Positions 56,420 through 64,000 of a stretch of DNA of 64,000 nucleotides are shown here, piece after piece. Position numbers and translations under genes: made by a program. This stretch comes from the human T2T-CHM13v2.0 reference genome, Homo sapiens: assembly GCF_009914755.1 (NCBI RefSeq), contig NC_060927.1, one strand, 5' to 3'. The notes below the pieces were generated by a model that had not been told where the DNA came from, made no database searches, and worked only from the letters and a program-made list of their open reading frames with translations. How positions within the stretch are numbered: the stretch's first letter is position 1; every line of letters begins with the position of its first letter.

Positions 56420-58497
56420 GTGAGTTTATTTCATTTTTTTTTTTAATGTAAGATCACAATGAATCTTTGTCTTTTATATTATTGCAATTTAAACTTCCTA
56501 CTTTTAAAAATGTTTAGATTTCTAAAGTGGCAACTTAAGGAAAAAAGTAATTTTGGGGAGTGGGGTGGGGTGGACTTCATGCTAGGCAGGTGCTTGATTA
56601 AAAATAATTCTTGTAATCCTAGCATTTTGGGAGGTGGAAGTGGGTGGATAGCTTGAGTTCAGGAGTTAAAGACCAGCCTGGGCAACATGGTGAAACCCCG
56701 TCTGTACCAAAAATACAAAAAATTAGCTGGGGGTGATGGCACATGTCTGTGGTTGCAGCTGCTTGGGAAGCGGAGCTGGGAGGATCGCTTGAGCCTGGGA
56801 GGTAGAGGTTGCAGTAAACCAAGATCACGCCACTGCACTCCAGCCTGGGCGACAGAGTGAGACTCCCTCTCAAAAAAAAAAAAAAAAGATTATTCGTCGT
56901 TTTCCCCAATCTTCCTTTTCCCCCATCTGCTACTGAGTAGACAAGGTTCCTGTCTGGACACCTAGCCCCTCTTTTAGATATAGCTTTTCTCCCAAGCAAC
57001 TCCAGACAGAAAAGCCCTAGGTGCCCTGCTGATTATATGGCCACAACAGCTCAGGAGTGTGAGGCAACCAAGCCAGGAGTTAAGGCAGGCAGGAACCACA
57101 GGTGTGGCACATTCAGCTGATTTAGGGATGAAGAACTAAATTGAAAGCTGGATTAAGAACCCTTGCAGAGAAAGACTTTTGTGAAGCTCTGCCCAAGGCA
57201 GCACTAATGACAAAGCACCAAAGGGTCACATGATGCTCTTAGTGAACATGTGTTATTGCATGTCACACCCCTGTCCTGGAACATAAGTTCTCGGTAGCTG
57301 GAGACAGAATGAAAAGTCTCTGGACAGGGAGATCTGGAAAGCTTTGTGGTGAGGAAAAATTGCCCATTCAAACTGCTGTTTGATTACTTGTTACCTTTGG
57401 CAAGTTACATCATCTCCCTTTGGACCTTAGTTTCCCATATGTAAAATGAAAGGTTTAGAAAAATGGTCCCTAAAGTTCTTTCTAGCTCTATATTTTTACT
57501 ATATAAATAAGGAGTCAAAGAGCCAAGCAGTTTTTTATTCTAAGCAAGGCATTAAATATGATATTCAACAAATATTAATCAAATGCCTCCCACACATTGG
57601 CCCATTACTAGGCATGAAGTATATAACCTTGAACAAAACAAGCACATTTCTTGCCCTGGTGGAGCTTATGGTCTGGAGTTTAAATTAATACAAGAAAATA
57701 TAGCAGTTATTCTACAAAATCAGGGACAGCTTCCTTAAGGAAGTATCTGTGAGCAGATCTGGAGGTTGGGTCATTTAAAGAGAGGGGGCAGGATATAGCT
57801 GGCAGAAGCCTTGTTAAAGCTGGCAGAAGCCTTGTTAAAGCCCAGAGGCAGGAGAGAGCTTGAGGATAGGAGGGAAGCCAGTTGCCTTCTGCTCTGAAGC
57901 ACATGCGCAGGGGAGTATGCTGCAGGGTGAGGTGGAGAGCCAGGGAAGGGCCCGGTAGTGCAAGGCCAAGTGGCTAGTTTAAAGATTTTATCCTTTGGCC
58001 TGAGAGCAATTGAGGAGTGATTGAAAGGCTTAGGCAGATGAGTGACATGATTTATTTATTCTGAGCCAACCAGGATAATGACCTTCTCTTGGAAAATGCT
58101 CTGTTGGTTGCTTGACATGAGAAGGGGAAACCCTGGTCTCTCTAATGACAAAGAAATAGAGATCACTCACAGTTTTACTATACAGAGTGATAACTCTGCT
58201 TAGTATAATGAAAGTAATGGTTAATTTTTCTCTCTTGGAACGTATATAGTAATTAAAACTTTTATACTACCTTTTTGATTACTTAGAACGCGTTGCACAT
58301 TCACAAATTCTTGCTATATTATTTCTCCTTTATTTTTGCCTCGGAAACCAGAAGGAGATAAAATAGAAATCAGTTCAACCTGTTCTTTTTGAATAGCTCT
58401 GATAAAAGATTTCATCAGGTGGAGTCATCTATAAATTCAGTTGATATTCATAACTGGTATGTTTAGTTTGATCATCTTATACTTTTGTGGCAAATAG

Positions 58498-58634
58498 GGA
58501 TCCACACCACCCATGACTGTGTTCAAGGGGAACAAACGGCCTTACCAGAAAGACTGTGTGCTTATTATTAATCATGACACTGGTGAATATGTGCTGGAAA
58601 AACTCAGTAGCAGCATTCAGGTGAAGAAAACAAG
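58498..58634 (+). CDS. EAF1: EAF1 exon 3 ([24 protein letters not shown]...VKKT)
   Basis: AG at 58496-58497 and GTATGT donor; 137 nt keeps the frame. Confidence 0.95.
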
Positions 58635-59520
58635 GTATGTGAATAGCCAGATGCAGGTTTATATCATGTTTCCAAACCTCTGTTATCTATTCAGTTTTTA
58701 TAAGGTTGTGAACATCTGCTTGCTCATAGTGTTCTATCAATAATCTTAACACTACCTGTGCTCAGACAAAATATGTAAATATGTGCTCAGAGTAAAATAT
58801 GTCTTCCTCAAATGCAATAAAAAGAAATAATGTTTTTTAAGACCTAAAACATGGGAACCATTAGGGAAAGGGGGATATACTTTATAATTAAGCCTATTTT
58901 GTTAATCTCATGATTGCTACAGTACCACCTAAGGGATAAGATAACTTATAGACTTATAATTATGAAGGAGCAATATATACTATACTTAACTGGAGTGAAA
59001 ACATTAATTTTTTTACAAGATACATTTGAGATTACTATAATACCAAAATAAAACTTTGCCTATTTTTTAATATAGTGAACTCTTTAATTCAACAGTTGCT
59101 ACATGTCTAAAATGAAGCCAGTTAGAGTTTATTTGAAAATAAAAATTCATTCTATAAATAGAAATAACCTAGTGGTTCTATTTGTTACCATATAATACAG
59201 TATTTTTTTTTTTTTAAAGAGTCGAGGTCTCTTGCTGTGTCACCCAGGCTGGAGTGCAGTGGCATAATCATAGCTCACTTATAATACAGTAATTATTATA
59301 ATACAGTAATTAAATTGTAAAGATTGTCACAACCTGATGTTTTTTATGCTTCGTTAAGCCATTTTTTTTTCATTCATTCATTCCACAGAAAATAAAAATA
59401 GGTACCATTTATTGAGGGGGTATCATGTCCCAGGCACTCTGCTAGATGCTTTATATGCATTGTTTTATCTAACAAGTAATTTTTAGAAAGGTGTTATTAT
59501 TATTTTTTACTTCTTTTGTT

Positions 59521-59627
59521 AAAAATATGGAATTGTTCATGAGTTTGTGTGTCATCCTTGCACAGGGGCCATGCTAATCTTCTCTGTATCATTCCAATTT
59601 TAGTATATGTGCTGCCGAAGTGAGTAC
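59521..59627 (-). pseudogene. RNU6: U6 snRNA retropseudogene
   Basis: Reverse complement of full-length U6 (GT.CTC.CTTCGGCAGCACATATACTAAAATTGGAA.GATACAGAGAAGATTAGCATGGCCCC...CATATTTTT) with CpG-type changes. Decayed A tail 59501-59520; 15-bp TSD GAAAGGTG(T/C)TATTAT at 59486-59500 and 59628-59642. Confidence 0.93.
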
Positions 59628-60133
59628 GAAAGGTGCTATTATCTAAAAAAAAAAAAAAAAAAAAAAAGGTACGGAGACTGAGGGTTAGAGAGCTTGACCT
59701 ACCCCGGAGAGTGTGCTGCAGAGTCCTTGCTCCTGTCCTGCCACTCTATTTATTTGTATTCATTACCTACAGTGAACCAGGTGCTACCGATATTCCTCCA
59801 ATATCTGATGGTTGTGGTATATTCCCTTACTACTCAGTGTGATATGGGAACTAACAGTATCATATTACCTAGATGATATGCAGAATCTCAACACCTATGA
59901 GATCTGAATCTGCAGAGATCACCAGGTGATTTGTGCATAAGCAAAAGTTTTAGAAGCACTAGGCTAGTCCATTTACAAAAGAAATTGTTAACTGATAGAA
60001 TATTCTCAGCTTGGGATGGAATTCTGCTTGTCTGCCAGCAAGAGCTGGCATGTGATGAAATGAACAAGCAGTATATAGATAATGGAAAAAATTTTCAAGC
60101 TGGGCAATATTTTAGGAGCTACTTTATTTAGGA

Positions 60134-60446
60134 ACTCATGCACTCATGATTATAATTACATAATGATGTTTTGGTCAGTAGTGACCTACATATATGACAG
60201 TGGTCCCTTAAGATTCTAATGGAGCATGTATGGAAACCTGATATACGGCACTTGATATTGGCATTGCAGATCAAGTAGGGGGAATGACTGATATTCAATT
60301 ATGGTGGTGGGACATTTGGGTTTTCATGTGAAAAAATTATATGCTATATTGGTTTGCATAAGTACATTCTGCTGTTTGCATGATGAAATCACCTCATGAT
60401 GCAGTTCTCAGGACTTACCCTCATTGTTAAGGGATGCATGAATGTA
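60134..60446 (+). mobile_element. Tigger3/MER7-like DNA transposon
   Basis: CATAATGATGTTTTGGTCA...GGTCCCTTAAGATT and terminal TGTTAAGGGATGCATGAATGTA resemble Tigger3 ends. Confidence 0.55.
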
Positions 60447-60758
60447 TTTTCTACTAGTAAAATGGATTTTCATAGTTTCATTATATCCTACATTTGTTTG
60501 CTATACATTTGAGCTCATCGAGGGCAGTAAATATTCTATTCATGTCTGTATCCCTGATACATAATATAGTACTGGATTACAGTAGACACTCAAATGTTGA
60601 ATGAATAGCTCACATGACAAAATTACAAGTATCAGTATTTTGAAGTGGTCTGGAAAGAACATGGGGTTCTACAGAGACTTCTGAGTTTTCAGTCACCTGG
60701 ACAAATTTGAGAACCACTATTTTTGCCCTGCTAATTTAATGTCTGTATCTCCTTTCAG

Positions 60759-60949
60759 AGCTGAGGGCAGCAGTAAAATCCAGGCCCGAATGGAACAGCA
60801 GCCCACTCGTCCTCCACAGACGTCACAGCCACCACCACCTCCACCACCTATGCCATTCAGAGCTCCAACGAAGCCTCCAGTTGGACCCAAAACTTCTCCC
60901 TTGAAAGATAACCCCTCACCTGAACCTCAGTTGGATGACATCAAAAGAG
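60759..60949 (+). CDS. EAF1: EAF1 exon 4 (proline-rich; AEGSSKIQARME...LDDIKR)
   Basis: CTAAT branch point, TTTCAG acceptor, GTAGAG donor; 191 nt. Confidence 0.95.
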
Positions 60950-62752
60950 GTAGAGAACATTTTCTGGATCCATGATAGCAACTTGGAGTAGAGTGCTGAA
61001 TTTTCTTGTGGAGATCACATGGCTGCTGTATTGATACAGTGGCTGGGGCATTCAATGCCATCAAAAAAATGTCTGCAGAGCTCACTGTTCAGAGATGGGG
61101 AGGGTGGGGGCTTCTGCCACTTACCTCATTTGACAAGGGTGAGTCCTGGAATAGTGACTTGAGTTTGTGGCTATCTTTGTAGCCATTCTGCTTAGAGGCC
61201 TAGGATTTAAACAAGCATGACTTCCATCTAAGCTCCATATGGCACACCTCTAAGGCTTCGGAGAAAGAAAGGATTCTAGGTGTTGGAGGTGAAAACTAAG
61301 CGTAGGTGGCAACCTTTCTGAGCTCTACATTAGTATATAGGCTGGAGGAGCTGACCATGGTGCTGCACACTTGTAGTTTCAGCTACTGTGAGGCAGGAGG
61401 ATCGCTTGAAGTTGGGAGTTTGAGGCTACAGTGTGCTATGATCGTGCCTGTTGGTAGCTACTGAACTCCAGCCTGGGCAATAACATCTCTTTTTTGGGGG
61501 GAAAAAAAGGATTAAAATGCCTTTTAAAATACCATAAGCAAATGTCCTGTGCTAACACAAAGTGTGTAAATATGAAAGAGGCCATGAGGACCAATAGAAA
61601 CAGATACTGGCCTAGAAAGAGTTAAAGGTCCAGTTTGGTTCTCTCCACTGCAAACCTGAGACAAAAAAGCTTACCTTGGCTTTCTCCTTCACACGATGAA
61701 TGGTTTTAGTCCTCCAGACTCTTTAGAAGTTGTGAGGTCATATTTCATATTTATAAGTTTTATAAAATAACTAAATCCATAATAATAGTAGGGAAACATA
61801 AAGAGTTGTCCCTGGGAAATTTGCCTTTTCCACCCTGTAGAACGGCTGCAGACATCACTCTGCACTGTGTACAGTTGTTTTGTCCCTTTTTTTTTTTCCT
61901 CATGGATACTGGAATGCTGTTATGGAAGTTTTCACTTAGGTTGAATAGGAATCAGAGCATGAGTGGTTAGTTGTTGCCAATTATGCTTAAAGGAGCCATA
62001 GCCATTTAAGGCCACATGGTATGCCTAGACAGGAAAATCTGGCGCCTTTCTTGAAATGGTTAGTTAACATTGATATTTTATATCTGTAAAAAATGCAGTA
62101 CCTGACAGGCATGGCTGTCAGTCAAATATGTAAAGAGTGAAGAGGAAGAATATTGTTTTACCATTTTTATTTAGTCACCATGGTTCTTCCTGCAAACCTC
62201 CATTTATTTATGGGACATGAGAGCTGGAAAGGACCTTAGAGGCTGTCTGGTTTTCATTTTTCCAGAGTGGCTTGGAAAATTCATTGACTTCTACCTAGGT
62301 GTCACTGCTGGTTAGAGGTAAATCCAAAACAAGCACTCAGACCTCCCAACTCCTAGTCAAATATTTTTCAACCACTTTACATAATATTTGTCTTCTCTTA
62401 TGTGGGAATTATGGTTTTATCCCATAGTTCATAATATTCATAATTTTTCTTTTAGTAGATAAAGGCAAATGGACTTAATTCATTTCTTACACAGAACAGC
62501 CATTATTCTGAAACAGTCTTGCTTTTTATTTATTTTGAGTGAATTTAATGTTTCCATTGTGTCTCTGGAAACAGGCTGTGTTTTTGTTTTGGTAATTTTG
62601 TTTGTACATTTTTTAAGGTATTGAGAAGTAGGACTTTGTTTTAAATTATTTCTTATTGCTGTTGGTTTTGCTGATTTACTATTTATAGAAGCTCCAATGC
62701 ACTGCCTTGAAAAGGGCTGCTGTGCTGATCCATGTCATATCCTTTATTCCAG

Positions 62753-62986
62753 AGCTGAGGGCTGAAGTTGACATTATTGAACAAATGAGCAGCAGCAGTG
62801 GGAGCAGCTCTTCAGACTCTGAGAGCTCTTCGGGAAGTGATGACGATAGCTCCAGCAGTGGAGGCGAGGACAATGGCCCAGCCTCTCCTCCGCAGCCTTC
62901 ACACCAGCAGCCCTACAACAGTAGGCCTGCCGTTGCCAATGGAACCAGCCGGCCACAAGGAAGCAACCAGCTCATGAACACCCTCA
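62753..62986 (+). CDS. EAF1: EAF1 exon 5 (Ser/Asp-rich acidic domain; ELRAEVDIIEQMSSSSGSSS...LMNTL)
   Basis: TTCCAG acceptor and A|GTAAGT donor. Cumulative CDS is 760 nt with no stop, so the final coding exon lies beyond the window. Confidence 0.95.
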
Positions 62987-63238
62987 GTAAGTGTGTACTC
63001 CTTTTTATGGCTGAGAGAGGGCCATAGGTGCAGCTTCTATTTATCCTGTGCCAGAACTTACAAACCTAAAGATGTTTAAGGCATGGGAGAGGATCTTGTT
63101 AAAAATAGTTTGGAGCAGAAAGGTGTGAGTTACTAAACAGTAAAAAAGGGAAATGAGATGAAAAATCTGTTCTTTCTATTTCTATTCCCCACTGGCTCAT
63201 ACCGGTGTTTGTGAATTCTAGAAAACACTAAAACATGA

Positions 63239-63610
<372 letters not shown>

Positions 63611-63724
63611 TGAACTTTTATAAAAAAGAATCCACTGTCCCCAGACAGTGTGGTGGCTTTTTTTTTTTTTTTTCCTTCAGACAGAGTCTTGATCTGTTGT
63701 CCAGGCTGGAGTGCAGCGGCATGA

Positions 63725-64000
<276 letters not shown>

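Overview
Primate, most likely human, genomic DNA; the gene pair matches the chr3p25 METTL6/EAF1 locus as I recall it. The complete METTL6 CDS lies on the minus strand in 5 coding exons (855 nt, 284 aa, tRNA m3C methyltransferase). It is head-to-head across a CpG-island/ETS bidirectional promoter (~53.6-54.35 kb) with EAF1 on the plus strand, whose coding exons 1-5 are in the window and whose last coding exon is not. The left 31 kb is dominated by transposable elements: an HMGN2 processed retrocopy with an intact ORF, about a dozen mostly nested ERV1 solo LTRs (MER41, LTR8/LTR26, MER50, MER34/39-like), many Alus, and a near full-length L1PA4/5-like element with broken ORF1/ORF2. That L1 retains an open, extended ORF0 and an apparent ~95-bp 3' transduction. 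Also present are a U6 retropseudogene with TSDs and an unidentified ~1.1-kb 3'UTR-like retrocopy with repeated hairpins. I see no prokaryote-style novel system. The best leads are retrotransposition signatures and possible METTL6 post-transcriptional control (uORFs, a candidate poison exon, inverted Alus in the 3'UTR, a distal spliced 3'UTR exon). Repeat subfamily names are from memory of consensus sequences and need RepeatMasker/Dfam confirmation.
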